Assembly (NCBI GenBank): GCA_048772705.1
Contig: JBLWGC010000157.1
Location: forward strand, 1-14,291
DNA length: 14,291 nt
Source: Leidyana gryllorum EB-2025a
Lineage: Eukaryota > Protista > Apicomplexa
Reading direction: 5' to 3'
Of the stretch, positions 1 through 8,823 are shown piece after piece. The notes below the pieces were generated by a model. That model ran no database searches, had not been told where the DNA came from, and saw only the letters and a program-made list of their open reading frames with translations. The translations under genes and the position numbers were made by a program. The stretch's first letter is position 1. Each line of letters begins with the position of its first letter.

Positions 1-7
1 TGATTTG

Positions 8-80
8 CACCGCCCGCGGGGCTCGAACCCGCGACTGCAAGATTAAGAGTCTTGCGCTCTACCGACTGAGCTAGGGCGGC
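8..80 (-). tRNA. tRNA-Lys(CTT)
   Basis: Minus strand GCCGCCCTAGCTCAGTCGGTAGAGCGCAAGA-CTCTTAA-TCTTGCAGTCGCGGGTTCGAGCCCCGCGGGCGGTG; complete 73-nt cloverleaf, no encoded CCA. Confidence 0.95.
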
Positions 81-387
81 AGGGAAGCAAGAACACAAAA
101 CCCGATAGCCTGACATGTGAAGTGACTTTGGTACTCACCGCATCGTTGGCGTGCCAGGCGGAAGTATAAGTTTCACACCATGTCGGAGGCGCGTGACCCC
201 CCCCCATCTTAGAGCCCAGCCTTTCCATTCTCTAGCTCTAACAGACAGGGAACGCTTGGAGTGGCGGGACAGAAACCGAGCTGATCAGTGGAGAGACCCG
301 TGTTGCAGGAGACCTCGGACCCTGTAGTCACAAGCCCAGAACTCTCGCACTGAGTTGCACTACTCCAGCGTCGGATATCATGAAGGA

Positions 388-430
388 AGCTGTTTGGGCT
401 GCAGGTATGATTCTTGCTCGCTTGGAAGAA
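388..430 (+). pseudogene. degenerate 5' fragment of tRNA-Pro
   Basis: AGCTGTTTGGGCTGCAGGTATGATTCTTG...TGGAAGAA aligns to the 5' part of the tRNA-Pro at 3831; T arm missing. Confidence 0.5.
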
Positions 431-441
431 CATTGCAACTG

Positions 442-514
442 GGTCCTGTAGCTCAGTCGGCAAAGCGTGTAGCTGTTCACCACAAAGTCGCAGTTTCGAA
501 GCGTAGCAGTATCG
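442..514 (+). pseudogene. degenerate tRNA, probably Asn(GTT)-derived
   Basis: GGTCCTGTAGCTCAGTCGGCAAAGCGTGTAG-CTGTTCA-CCACAAAGTCGCAGTTTCGAA; A-box and GTT anticodon retained, T and acceptor stems broken. Confidence 0.65.
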
Positions 515-591
515 GGAGCTGCGATATCCGACGCTCTCTTAGAGGTCGCAACTCTGTATTCAACTACCGGCAGGTGCCGCCCTACTGAGTT

Positions 592-664
592 TGGACGACC
601 TGGGTATCGATCCCAGTACCTCTCGCATGCAAAGCGAGCGCTCTACCATCTGAGCTAGCCGCCC
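592..664 (-). tRNA. tRNA-Ala(TGC)
   Basis: GGGCGGCTAGCTCAGATGGTAGAGCGCTCGC-TTTGCAT-GCGAGAGGTACTGGGATCGATACCCAGGTCGTCCA; G3:U70 pair and eukaryotic Ala-type ATCG T-loop. Confidence 0.95.
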
Positions 665-724
665 AGCCGCTCTACATGGAAAACCTATTGCATCCAGTGG
701 CTGACCGACTGCCGATACAACGCC

Positions 725-804
725 TGACAAGAGTGGGATTCGAACCCACGCCCTTTCGGACTGTGGCCTTAACACAGCGCCTTAGACCACTCGGCCTTCT
801 TGCC
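725..804 (-). tRNA. tRNA-Leu(AAG), U8-to-A variant
   Basis: GGCAAGAAGGCCGAGTGGTCTAAGGCGCTGTG-TTAAGGC-CACAG, long variable arm, GGTTCGAATCC; position 8 is A instead of the conserved T. Confidence 0.85.
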
Positions 805-929
805 GGAGTGTTGTTGGCTGGCCGCTCCACGCGTTTCCCGTCCCCGGAATCTCGAGAATGGAAAGACTCTCAGGTTGGAGGCGGGCAACGCAGGTCGGCG
901 TGCCGATTCAAATCCAGCACTTAAGTGTG

Positions 930-1001
930 CTCCGAGACCGGGAATCGAACCCGGGTCTTCCGCGTGACAGGCGGAAATACTAACCACTATACTATCTCGG
1001 A
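930..1001 (-). tRNA. tRNA-Asp(GTC)
   Basis: TCCGAGATAGTATAGTGGTTAGTATTTCCGC-CTGTCAC-GCGGAAGACCCGGGTTCGATTCCCGGTCTCGGAG; perfect stems. Confidence 0.96.
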
Positions 1002-1095
1002 CGCTCTGAACACGCCTGCCTCCGACCCCAAAAGTCCTTCCATTTTGAGATTTCAAGCACAGAAAACGCGTGGAGCGGCAAGCCAACAACATCCC

Positions 1096-1178
1096 GGCAA
1101 GATGGCCGAGTGCTCGAAGGCCCTGTGTGCAGGTCGCAGTCCGAACGGGCCCCGTGGGTTCGAATCCCAGTCTTGTCA
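1096..1178 (+). pseudogene. degenerate tRNA-Leu(CAG)
   Basis: Paralog of 725-804 with D-loop GG lost, U33 changed to G and a variable-arm insertion; anticodon reads CAG. Confidence 0.75.
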
Positions 1179-1238
1179 GCCATGGTATCGGCACTCCGTC
1201 AGCCACTGGATGAATTAGGTCTTCCATGTTGTACGCAT

Positions 1239-1313
1239 GGGCGGCTAGATCAGATGGTGGAGCGCTCGCTGTGCATGCGAGAGAGGTACTGGGATCGACA
1301 GCCAGGTCGTCCA
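1239..1313 (+). pseudogene. degenerate tRNA-Ala(TGC)
   Basis: Paralog of 592-664 with D-stem, U33 and T-stem lesions and an AG insertion. Confidence 0.8.
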
Positions 1314-1402
1314 AACTCCATGCAACTTTGGCTGCAGAGAAACGGCTGGCGCGTGGTCCAAAAATGTGAATGTTGTTATTTCAATCTAGTCGAAGAGCCG
1401 CG

Positions 1403-1475
1403 GCCTACGTGGCGCAATGGATAGCGCGTTGGACTTCTAATCCAAAGGTTGCGAGTTCGAGTCTCGCCGTAGGTA
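1403..1475 (+). tRNA. tRNA-Arg(TCT)
   Basis: GCCTACGTGGCGCAATGGATAGCGCGTTGGA-CTTCTAA-TCCAAAGGTTGCGAGTTCGAGTCTCGCCGTAGGTA; intact. Confidence 0.95.
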
Positions 1476-1539
1476 GCCAAATGCTCAGCACTTTACTTCG
1501 ATGATTTGGCTGACTAGCTGCCTTCGCTGAGACATGTTG

Positions 1540-1611
1540 TCCACTGTAGTCTGAGTGGCTAGGATATGCGGCTCTCACCCGCAAGCTCCGGGCTCAAGTC
1601 CGGCAGTGGAA
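1540..1611 (+). pseudogene. tRNA-Glu(CTC), degenerate
   Basis: Paralog of 4195-4267; anticodon loop CTCTCAC, T54 changed to C, 1-nt deletion in the T stem. Confidence 0.75.
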
Positions 1612-1699
1612 GTCAGTGGTTGAAGCCAGTGAAATACTTGAGCAAAGTGCCCAGCAATCTCCGTCAATAGTGTCTGATTCGTGATCTTCGGCTTGCATT

Positions 1700-1771
1700 G
1701 CCTTCTTAGCTTAGGGGCAGAGCATGTGCTTAGTAAGCGAAAGGTCGGCGGTTCGATTCCGGCAGAAGGCT
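1700..1771 (+). pseudogene. tRNA-Thr(AGT), degenerate
   Basis: GCCTTCTTAGCTTAGGGGCAGAGCA-TGTGC-TTAGTAA-GCGAA; anticodon-stem and T-stem mismatches relative to 2962-3032. Confidence 0.75.
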
Positions 1772-1832
1772 TGACTGCATCGACTGGGCACCTGCAAAGC
1801 TTAAGTCTCTCAAGCTCCACTCATCTTAGCCG

Positions 1833-1904
1833 AGCCTCTTAGCTCAGCCACCAGAGGGTAAGTCTCTTAGCCACAAAGTCGCAGACTGGAACCTGCCAGT
1901 ACCT
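1833..1904 (+). pseudogene. highly degenerate tRNA relic (same family as 442-514)
   Basis: TAGCTCAG...CCACAAAGTCGCAG...AACCTGCCAGTACC shared with 442-514 and 4459-4530. Confidence 0.5.
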
Positions 1905-1969
1905 GAGGCACCCACTAGCTCAACGCAGACTGCCGCCGAGTCTCGTTGTGCTGAGGCTCTCTCTCGAGT

Positions 1970-2040
1970 GCACTTGTGGTCCAAGGGTAGGATGCGAGCT
2001 TCCCATGCTCACAGCCCGGGTTCGAGTCCCGGCAGGTGCA
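1970..2040 (+). tRNA. tRNA-Gly(CCC)
   Basis: GCACTTGTGGTCCAAGGGTAGGATGCGAGC-TTCCCAT-GCTCACAGCCCGGGTTCGAGTCCCGGCAGGTGCA; 71 nt, one anticodon-stem mismatch. Confidence 0.88.
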
Positions 2041-2115
2041 GCCGATCGTACAGGCTTGACCATGGCTGCAACAATGTTTTCAACCGGGGCGAAGAGCAAT
2101 GCACTTTAGACTGCT

Positions 2116-2187
2116 TGTCCGAGCCAGGAATCGAGCCTGGGTTTGCACGGCCACAACGTGCTGTCCTAACCACTAGACGACTCGGAC
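2116..2187 (-). tRNA. tRNA-His(GTG), T54-to-C variant
   Basis: GTCCGAGTCGTCTAGTGGTTAGGACAGCACG-TTGTGGC-CGTGCAAACCCAGGCTCGATTCCTGGCTCGGACA. Confidence 0.88.
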
Positions 2188-2463
2188 AAATCTTTGAGCG
2201 AGGCTGTAGAGGTAGCGAAGCATCTATCAGGATGGGATGGAACAGGAGCGTCAGACGAACTGCGTTGCAAGAAGTCCACTCCTCAACTTCGGGTGGGACG
2301 GAATTTACTCGTGGAATATCTGATGCCACCACCACAGTTAGATACGTTACCATCTAAGCACCCCGGGCCGTGAGAGTACTTCGGGGCGGCACACCGCAGC
2401 CAGAACGACATCGGTGGTCGCAACGGAAGCCATTAACACTTTGGAACTCAGAAGGAAAGTAAT

Positions 2464-2547
2464 GCACAGATGCCCGAGTGGTCTAAGGGGCCAGACTCAA
2501 GTTCTGGTAGGCGCAAGTCTGCATGGGTTCGAATCCCATTCTGTGCA
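2464..2547 (+). tRNA. tRNA-Leu(CAA)
   Basis: GCACAGATGCCCGAGTGGTCTAAGGGGCCAGA-CTCAAGT-TCTGG, long variable arm, GGTTCGAATCC, TCTGTGCA. Confidence 0.95.
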
Positions 2548-2635
2548 ACGGCGATCATCCCAAAAAAAAGCTGGAAAAGGTCACAGTAGATTCGAATCTC
2601 CATTTGTATATTCGGTTGCATGCACCCAAGTATTC

Positions 2636-2705
2636 GGCTGTTGCTCTGCTGGTATAATCCTTCCTCAGAGTGGAAGGAGTCCTGGGTTCGATTCCAGAAC
2701 AGCCC
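2636..2705 (+). pseudogene. degenerate tRNA-Pro
   Basis: GGCTGTT...GGTTCGATTCC...AACAGCCC matches the Pro gene at 3831; D arm and anticodon mutated. Confidence 0.7.
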
Positions 2706-2841
2706 TCTTGGTCGTCGGTTGACCCGACGGGACAAGTTGCCCTCACAACCAACACAGCCACCTCGTTAGCCCACTTCGGCACTCAAGGCCATTAACATCT
2801 CAAGAATCGCATTTCGGCTCCCTCTTCCATGTTGCAGACTG

Positions 2842-2912
2842 AGCAGTGTAGCTCAGTGAAAAGTGTTGGGCTCATAATCCAAAGGTTCGTCGATCGAAAC
2901 GACGCACTGCTA
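2842..2912 (+). tRNA. initiator tRNA-Met(CAT), slightly degenerate
   Basis: A1:U72 pair, GGG-CTCATAA, initiator-type GATCGAAAC T-loop; D-loop GG lost. Confidence 0.75.
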
Positions 2913-2961
2913 AGTTTGCGCAGAAGGGGAACAGTTATAGAATAGATTGCCTCGCGAGCAA

Positions 2962-3032
2962 AGCCTTCTGCCGGAATCGAACCGGCGACCTTTCGCTTAC
3001 TAAGCGAATGCTCTGCCCCAAGCTAAGAAGGC
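2962..3032 (-). tRNA. tRNA-Thr(AGT)
   Basis: GCCTTCTTAGCTTGGGGCAGAGCATTCGC-TTAGTAA-GCGAAAGGTCGCCGGTTCGATTCCGGCAGAAGGCT; A14 missing. Confidence 0.82.
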
Positions 3033-3160
3033 AATGTTAACTGGACATCACGAATGAGTCCCTATTGACGGAAGCTACTGAAGCACATTGTTCCACCACT
3101 CAATACTTCCACTGCTCCACATACCGGCAAATAGGGTGTAACTAAGTTTAGAGCTTCCTT

Positions 3161-3233
3161 GCCGCCCTAGCTCAGTCGGTAGAGCGCAAGACTTTTAATC
3201 TTGCAGTCGCGGGTTCGAGCCCCGCGGGCGGTG
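3161..3233 (+). tRNA. tRNA-Lys(TTT)
   Basis: Identical to 8-80 except at the wobble base (loop CTTTTAA). Confidence 0.95.
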
Positions 3234-3293
3234 CAAATCAATGTCTCTGGGAGTAGGAATGGAACCGTTGCCTACAAGCACACTCTGCTGGAT

Positions 3294-3366
3294 TTCCACT
3301 GCCGGGACTTGAACCCGGATCGTGCGGGTGAAAGCCGCATATCCTAGCCACTTAGACTACAGTGGA
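3294..3366 (-). tRNA. tRNA-Glu(TTC)
   Basis: TCCACTGTAGTCTAAGTGGCTAGGATATGCGG-CTTTCAC-CCGCACGATCCGGGTTCAAGTCCCGGCAGTGGAA; intact. Confidence 0.95.
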
Positions 3367-3478
3367 CAAGTTCCCCAGGTGAGGTCAACAAGACGTGGTC
3401 CGTCGGGTCAACCTACAACAAAGGGGTTGCAGTAGAAAGTGGAGGGTCCCTCTACTAAGCTCTGCAACATTGTAAGGC

Positions 3479-3551
3479 GTCTTGTGAGCTCAGTCGGCAG
3501 AGCGTGTGGCTTTTGATGACAAGCTCGCAGGTCCGGAACCTAGCAAAACCG
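3479..3551 (+). pseudogene. degenerate tRNA relic (Asn-like family)
   Basis: AGCTCAGTCGGCAGAGCGTGTGGCT...TCGCAGGTCCGGAACCTAGCA resembles 442-514; stems broken. Confidence 0.55.
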
Positions 3552-3669
3552 GCTTCAGAGGCACCCTAGACATTGACTGCGGTGCTCTCCCAATGGCACT
3601 TGTGGTTCGCGACCCTTCAAAGATGACAACGATGGGTTTGAATCCGGCCACGTGCAGCCGTACGTACTT

Positions 3670-3742
3670 TGGACGACCTGGGCATCGATCCCAGTACCTC
3701 TCGCATGCTAAGCGAGCGCTCTACCATTTGAGCTAGTCGCCC
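3670..3742 (-). tRNA. tRNA-Ala(AGC)
   Basis: GGGCGACTAGCTCAAATGGTAGAGCGCTCGC-TTAGCAT-GCGAGAGGTACTGGGATCGATGCCCAGGTCGTCCA. Confidence 0.95.
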
Positions 3743-3830
3743 GTTATGCGGACCCCATCGCATTTGTTGGTTCTCAACATAGGATGACCACTTTTTAAAC
3801 TGTCTTCAGCGGGTTACACGAATGACAGGC

Positions 3831-3902
3831 GGCTGTTTGGTCTAGTGGTATGATTCTTCCGTCGGGTGGAAGAAGTCCTGGGTTCCATTCCCAAAACAGC
3901 CC
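3831..3902 (+). tRNA. tRNA-Pro(CGG), variant
   Basis: GGCTGTTTGGTCTAGTGGTATGATTCTTCC-GTCGGGT-GGAAGAAGTCCTGGGTTCCATTCCCAAAACAGCCC; non-canonical bases at positions 32 and 57. Confidence 0.8.
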
Positions 3903-3978
3903 GCTCTGTTGTATCTTGACCCAACCTGCCCGGCAGCATGGTTCTGGGTTCGGGTGATTCCTCGGAGAAAGTCGGAGG

Positions 3979-4051
3979 GGGAGTGTAGCGCAGTCGGTAG
4001 CGCGTAGGTCTCATAATCCTGAAGTCGAGAGTTCGATCCTCTCCACTCCCA
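3979..4051 (+). tRNA. elongator tRNA-Met(CAT)
   Basis: GGGAGTGTAGCGCAGTCGGTAGCGCGTAGGT-CTCATAA-TCCTGAAGTCGAGAGTTCGATCCTCTCCACTCCCA. Confidence 0.93.
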
Positions 4052-4091
4052 CGGTCGGAATCGAAACCGCGACAAACTCATCATGCTACCA

Positions 4092-4133
4092 TTTTGCAGT
4101 CGGGAATCGCACACAGGTTATCTCGATGGCAGC
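4092..4133 (-). pseudogene. 3' half of a degenerate tRNA-Gly(GCC)
   Basis: Matches the 3' half of the fuller relic at 14077-14147; the 5' half is replaced by other sequence here. Confidence 0.5.
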
Positions 4134-4194
4134 CGACATACCATGTTTTCCAAGACGGTACGGCTCTCGGCCGAAGCCCCAACTCAACCACTCG

Positions 4195-4267
4195 TCCACT
4201 GTAGTCTAAGTGGCTAGGATATGCGGCTTTCACCCGCACGATCCGGGTTCAAGTCCCGGGAGTGGAA
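4195..4267 (+). tRNA. tRNA-Glu(TTC)
   Basis: Same as 3294-3366 except for one acceptor-stem mismatch. Confidence 0.9.
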
Positions 4268-4343
4268 GTCATTGAACTACTCTAGCAAAGTGCTCCACTA
4301 ATCTCCGTCAATAGCGATTGTTTCGTCATCTCCGGCTTCCATT

Positions 4344-4415
4344 GCCTTCTTAGTTTAGGGGCGGAGCGTTCGCTTCGTAAGCGAGAAGTCGCCGGTTCGA
4401 TTCCGGCTGAAGGCT
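4344..4415 (+). tRNA. tRNA-Thr(CGT), variant
   Basis: GCCTTCTTAGTTTAGGGGCGGAGCGTTCGC-TTCGTAA-GCGAGAAGTCGCCGGTTCGATTCCGGCTGAAGGCT; a few stem changes. Confidence 0.8.
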
Positions 4416-4458
4416 CGACTGCATCGACTGGGCACCGGCAAGCTGCTCGCAAACTCCA

Positions 4459-4530
4459 ATAATCGTAGCTCAGCCATCAGAGGTAAGTCTCTCAGCCACG
4501 AAGTCGCAGGTTTAGAACCTGCCAGTACCT
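4459..4530 (+). pseudogene. highly degenerate tRNA relic
   Basis: Paralog of 1833-1904. Confidence 0.5.
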
Positions 4531-4545
4531 GAGGCACCCACAGGG

Positions 4546-4617
4546 GGCTGTTTGGTCTAGTTATATAATTCTTTCTTCGGCTGGAAGAAGTCCTGGGTTC
4601 AATGCCACGTCTCTCCA
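4546..4617 (+). pseudogene. degenerate tRNA-Pro(CGG)
   Basis: GGCTGTTTGGTCTAG...TTCGG...GGAAGAAGTCCTGGGTTCAAT; 3' acceptor strand lost. Confidence 0.7.
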
Positions 4618-4718
4618 AGGTCGGCTACTATACGCGACTCCCACTCGTACAATCCCGAATGAAGTCCAGACCAGCTGAGACAAAATCTGAGTTGCACCAG
4701 TTGTGAGGGCTGGAACTG

Positions 4719-4790
4719 CTCCGAGACCGGGAATCGAACCCGGGTCTTCCGCGTGACAGGCGGAAATACTGACCACTATACTATCTCGGA
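4719..4790 (-). tRNA. tRNA-Asp(GTC)
   Basis: One D-loop difference from 930-1001; the upstream flank is also homologous. Confidence 0.96.
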
Positions 4791-4911
4791 CGCTAGTAAA
4801 CACGCCGGCCTCCAACCCCAGAACTCCTCGCATTTTGAAATTGGAGAAGTTTTTTAATTGGCCACCCGATAGTGAACTTTGGGTGGTCAGCATAACACAC
4901 TATATATATTA

Positions 4912-5031
4912 GCTGTCTACCATACTACATCGAAAGAGCAGGATCCCATCCGAACTCCGCCGCGAAGCGATGTAAGGCCAGGTCAGTACTGGGCTGGGGG
5001 ACCGCCCGGGAACACCAAGGAGTTGACAGCA
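4912..5031 (+). rRNA. 5S rRNA
   Basis: About 120 nt; GCTGTC/GACAGC terminal helix, CCATAC, GATCCCATCCGAACTCCG, AGTACT-GG..GGGGACC..CCGGGAA motifs; followed by TTTT. Confidence 0.93.
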
Positions 5032-5035
5032 TTTT
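5032..5035 (+). terminator. Pol III oligo-dT terminator of 5S
   Basis: TTTT directly after the 5S 3' end. Confidence 0.6.
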
Positions 5036-5311
5036 GTTCAAGATTAAATTGGCACCCGATAGTTAATGAGATGTATGATGAGACCCACCAATATAACAGT
5101 AGAGTGACACACAGTGTTGTCATACACAGTCACTGATATACTTTCACATTCACATTGAGTTGGGTGGTTAGTGGGTTAAGAGTAAATACCATGGGGATAA
5201 CTGAAAGTGAGGGGGAGGGTTGGTTGACGACGACCAGTTGGGGAAAGAAAAAATAAGGCGCTGTCCGCGCAAAGTCAAGTTTTGGCACCCGATAGTGATT
5301 AATATAAGATA

Positions 5312-5675
5312 CATTGAACATCACAGTAAGCCTCAGCAGATCGTAAGACAAAGCTTACTCTCATGCTTACAGCACCTGGATGCGTCCCAATCGTCTTTTG
5401 GGGATGCAAAGCTCCCGATCAATATTAATGTTTATCCACTTAAAGCTTTCGTCGCCGACTGTGGAATGACCTCAATCGACCAATTATACAGTGATGCCTC
5501 GATCAAGAGTACTAGGCGTTGATGTTCAGCTAGGATTCTGACTTAGAGGCGTTCAGTCATTATCCTACAAGCGTAGCTTTGCAGCACTGGCCTTTCGACC
5601 AACTGCGTTACCAGAGGCTTGAGCCAACGGTTCCTCTCGTACTAAGTTGGCTTACTGTCACAATGCCGCCTAATA

Positions 5676-5729
<54 letters not shown>

Positions 5730-5771
5730 ATTAGCGGGTGAACAATCCGACATTTTGAGACTTCTGCGTCT

Positions 5772-5809
<38 letters not shown>

Positions 5810-5832
5810 AACGTCGCTATGAACGCTTGGCT

Positions 5833-5867
<35 letters not shown>

Positions 5868-6230
5868 TCACCTCTAGCCAGAACCTTTCTGGACTTAAAG
5901 GATCGATAGGCCATGCTTTCGCAGTTCGTATTCGCACTGGAAATCAGAATCAAGCTGACTTTTCCCCTTTCAGTCTACGAGAGATTTCTGTTCTCTCTGA
6001 GTCAACCTTAGGGCATCTGCGTTGCAGTTTAGCAGATGTGCCGCCCCAGCCAAACTCCCCATCTGAATATGTCCTCTGATACGATCGGTAAGAGAACCTT
6101 AAATCTGGAACACGTAAGAAAACGTGATTCGTTGTGACAGAGTAAGTAGAGCGACAGTGGAGGTCGTGGTATTTCACTGTCGCCAAAGCTCCCACGTATG
6201 CTACACCCCCCAAGTCACTCCACAAAGTCA

Positions 6231-6268
<38 letters not shown>

Positions 6269-6275
6269 TATTTTG

Positions 6276-6310
<35 letters not shown>

Positions 6311-6365
6311 GGCGGATGGGGACAGTAGGAATCTCGTTGATCCATTCATGCGCGTCACTAATTAA

Positions 6366-6427
<62 letters not shown>

Positions 6428-6444
6428 GGCGAATTTCATCGCAA

Positions 6445-6477
<33 letters not shown>

Positions 6478-7647
6478 CGTAAAAAGCGTTGCCGCTTGTC
6501 GCAATGCTTTGTTTTAATTAAACAGTCAGATTCCTCTTGTCCGTACCAGTTCTGAGTTAGCCGGTTAATGCCAACAGGATAGCCGAAGCTCCTAGCGTAG
6601 GCCACCGCTCGTTGCAACTCCCAGAGCGAGTCACCCCACTCCAGAAAAAGCGAGAACGATGAACTGTCACTAGGCCCTGAAAGCTCGGCCCTCAGAGCCA
6701 ATCCTTTTTCCAAAGGTACAGATCTAATTTGCCGACTTCCCTCATCCGCCTTATTCTATCGACCAGAGGCTGCGAACCTAGGAGACCTGATGCGGTTTAG
6801 GGTACGGCTAGAAAGTGGAGTAAATATCCCTTGGGGTTTCAAAGGCCAATAGAAGCGCACCGGATTTCCAACAGGTGTAAGAAACTATGCCAACTTTTCA
6901 TCCTTTTCTCCAGACAAGCCGATTCAAAGGAGTGGTGTTGTCAAAGAGCAAAGATAACGCTCCCCAGGGCTTCTCCTGGCAACCCAAGTTCAGTTGTGTT
7001 ACCACAACCCCACCAACTAGTAAAGGAATTTGGGCCTTTTTCCCTTTCAGGTCAAGAGGCGAAGCCTCACTCTGAAGGAGTAAGCTTTTCCTTTAGGGCC
7101 GACTAACCCGAGGACAATTGCTGTTCTCCCGGAACCCTTATCCACTTCGGTCATCAAAGTTCTCATTTGATTAATTGCTACTACCACCAAGATCTGCACT
7201 AGAGGCTGCTCCAGCTAGTTTCACAACTAAGCCTTCTCAGCAACCCCCACGCCCTCCTACACGTCAATGCTTATTTCATTGACGGTCTGGTATCGGCCGC
7301 CCGCTTGAGCGCTATCCATTTTCAGGGCTGGTCCATTCGGCAGGTGAGTTATTACACACTCCTTAGCGGATTTCAACTTCCATGACCACCGCCCTGCTGT
7401 TTCAATGAACCAACACCTTTTATGGTGTCTGATCAGCGAGTGTTGAGCGCCTTAACCAAACGTTAGGAGCATCCCTCATCGCCAGTTCTGCTTACCAAAA
7501 CTGGCCCACTAAGAAGTATCATTCATCTACCGAGCTAACTGAATTAGCAAGGTAGCAAACCCATTTAAAGTTTGAGAATAGGTCGAGGGCGGGATGCCCC
7601 CGAGGCCTCTAATCATTCGCTTTACCGGATCTAACTGATCATTAACT

Positions 7648-7701
<54 letters not shown>

Positions 7702-8168
7702 AGTCTTTCGCCCCTATGCCCAAGTTTGACGAACGATTTGCACGTCAGTATCGCTACGAGCTTCCACCAGGGTTTCCCCTGGCTTCACCCAACTCAGGTA
7801 TAGGTCACCATCTTTCGGGTCTAAACGAAAATGCTCAGGCTCGAACTTCAAGAGTCGGCTGCTGTTGCATTGTAATTCACAGCTTTTGCTTTCACTACGC
7901 GTCTGGGTTTGACACCCTTACACTCGCACTTTCGTTTAACTCCTTGGTCCGTGTTTCAAGACGGGTCGTCTGTACATGCCACTCTCGACAACTTACAATG
8001 GCGTACCACACTTCTCGATGTTAAGAGCTTTGTCATAACCGAAGCGATAACAAGTCGTAACATACGGAAGTGATGTCGAGTAATGTAATGAGAGAAATCT
8101 CTCAAACATTGGGTCACGGACAGCCGCTTCCCCCTCAGCGATTTCAGGTATTTTAACTCTCCTTTCGA

Positions 8169-8201
<33 letters not shown>

Positions 8202-8538
8202 TGCTATCGATCTCTCACCGTTATCTAGCCGTGGATGGAGGTTACCACCCATTTTGCGCTCTACTCCCAAAGAGCGTGACTCATTAGATTACAGCTGTAC
8301 TTGAGAATGGCTGGAATAAGAACAGGGCTGTCACCTTCTCTGGCGTGCCTTTCCAGGCATCTTCTTCCCAGTTTCTCAATAGCTGCAACCTCGATGCACA
8401 ACTCCGTCAGAAACGGATTAACATCGCGGGCTTTTCCCACTTCGTTCGCCACTACTACGGGAATCCCAGTTGGTTTCTTTTCCTCCGCTTAATTATATGC
8501 TTAAATTCAGCGGGTAGCCTTGCTTGAGCTCGGATCAT
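5312..8538 (-). rRNA. 28S (LSU) rRNA, apparently full length; ends approximate
   Basis: 5' ACCCGCTGAATTTAAGCATAT; universal LSU motifs including GGGATAACTGGCTTGTGGCAGCCAAGCGTTCATAGCGACG, GTGAGCTGGGTTTAGACCGTCGTGAGACAGG and the sarcin-ricin loop AGTACGAGAGGAAC; 3' ACGATCTGCTGAG. Confidence 0.97.
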
Positions 8539-8668
8539 GATTTGAGAAGCCTACTGTAATTACCTCAACATTTCACTGTATGAGTTCTTACAGGTAGCAT
8601 CATTTAGCCAGTGACGGAAAGACACTGTATGTCATCCATTCAATCGAAATTGATTGGAGAAATCTATA
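8539..8668 (-). other. ITS2 (~130 nt)
   Basis: Spacer between 5.8S and 28S. Confidence 0.8.
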
Positions 8669-8823
8669 CGATACCGAGCCAAACATACTTCAGGCCGAGG
8701 CCAGAAGTACCTTTGCGTTCAGAGATCTGGTGAATCACGAAATTTCGCAAGTCATACTGCTTATCGCGGTTTGCTGCGTCCTTCCTCGGTGTGAGAGTCG
8801 AGTCATCCATCGCTGAGAGTTTT
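8669..8823 (-). rRNA. 5.8S rRNA
   Basis: AACTCTCAGCGATGGATGACTCG...GAAGGACGCAGCAAACCGCGATAAG...TGAACGCA; position between SSU and LSU. Confidence 0.92.

Larger units (their letters stand above)
588..1318. repeat. diverged inverted duplication of an Ala-Leu module (arms about 588-890 and 1012-1318) around tRNA-Asp
   Basis: Ala/Leu on - (592-804) mirror Leu/Ala on + (1096-1313). Spacers also match as reverse complements, e.g. TGTTGTTGGCTGGCCGCTCCACGCGTTT vs AAACGCGTGGAGCGGCAAGCCAACAACA. Confidence 0.85.
1540..1913 (+). repeat. Glu-Thr-pseudo module, direct repeat of 4195-4540
   Basis: Same gene order and shared spacers (ATCTCCGTCAATAG; GACTGCATCGACTGGGCACC; GAACCTGCCAGTACCTGAGGCACCCAC). Confidence 0.85.
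2295..4133 (+). repeat. ~1.84-kb tRNA block, copy 1 (direct repeat of 12279-14118)
   Basis: Colinear near-identity from GGGACGGAATTTACTCG to TCTCGATGGCAGC, offset about 9,984 bp. Confidence 0.95.
4858..5297. repeat. three copies of the TTGG(C)CACCCGATAGT motif (4858-4873, 5049-5063, 5282-5296)
   Basis: Same-orientation 15-16-nt motif on both sides of 5S and just downstream of the 28S 3' end. Confidence 0.85.

Noticed and set aside
255-380. SRP (7SL) RNA-like snippets (GAAACCGAGC, CCTGTAGTC, ACTCCAGC)
   Set aside because: Motif order and spacing do not fit SRP RNA; more likely spacer or decayed tRNA. An Rfam cmscan would settle it
3426-3468. Hairpin GTTGCAG...CTGCAAC as a structured ncRNA
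   Set aside because: Short and imperfect; its second copy is explained by the block duplication, so it gives no independent support
1-4790. CRISPR array or prokaryotic/phage tRNA cluster
   Set aside because: No constant repeat-spacer period. The tRNAs are eukaryotic (initiator A1:U72 with ATCG T-loop, A34 anticodons) and are linked to 5.8S/28S
43-8527. Numerous 60-180-aa ORFs over the tRNA array and rRNA
   Set aside because: They are translations of tRNA/rRNA sequence (e.g. GFEP and GSIP peptides from T arms) with no protein signal
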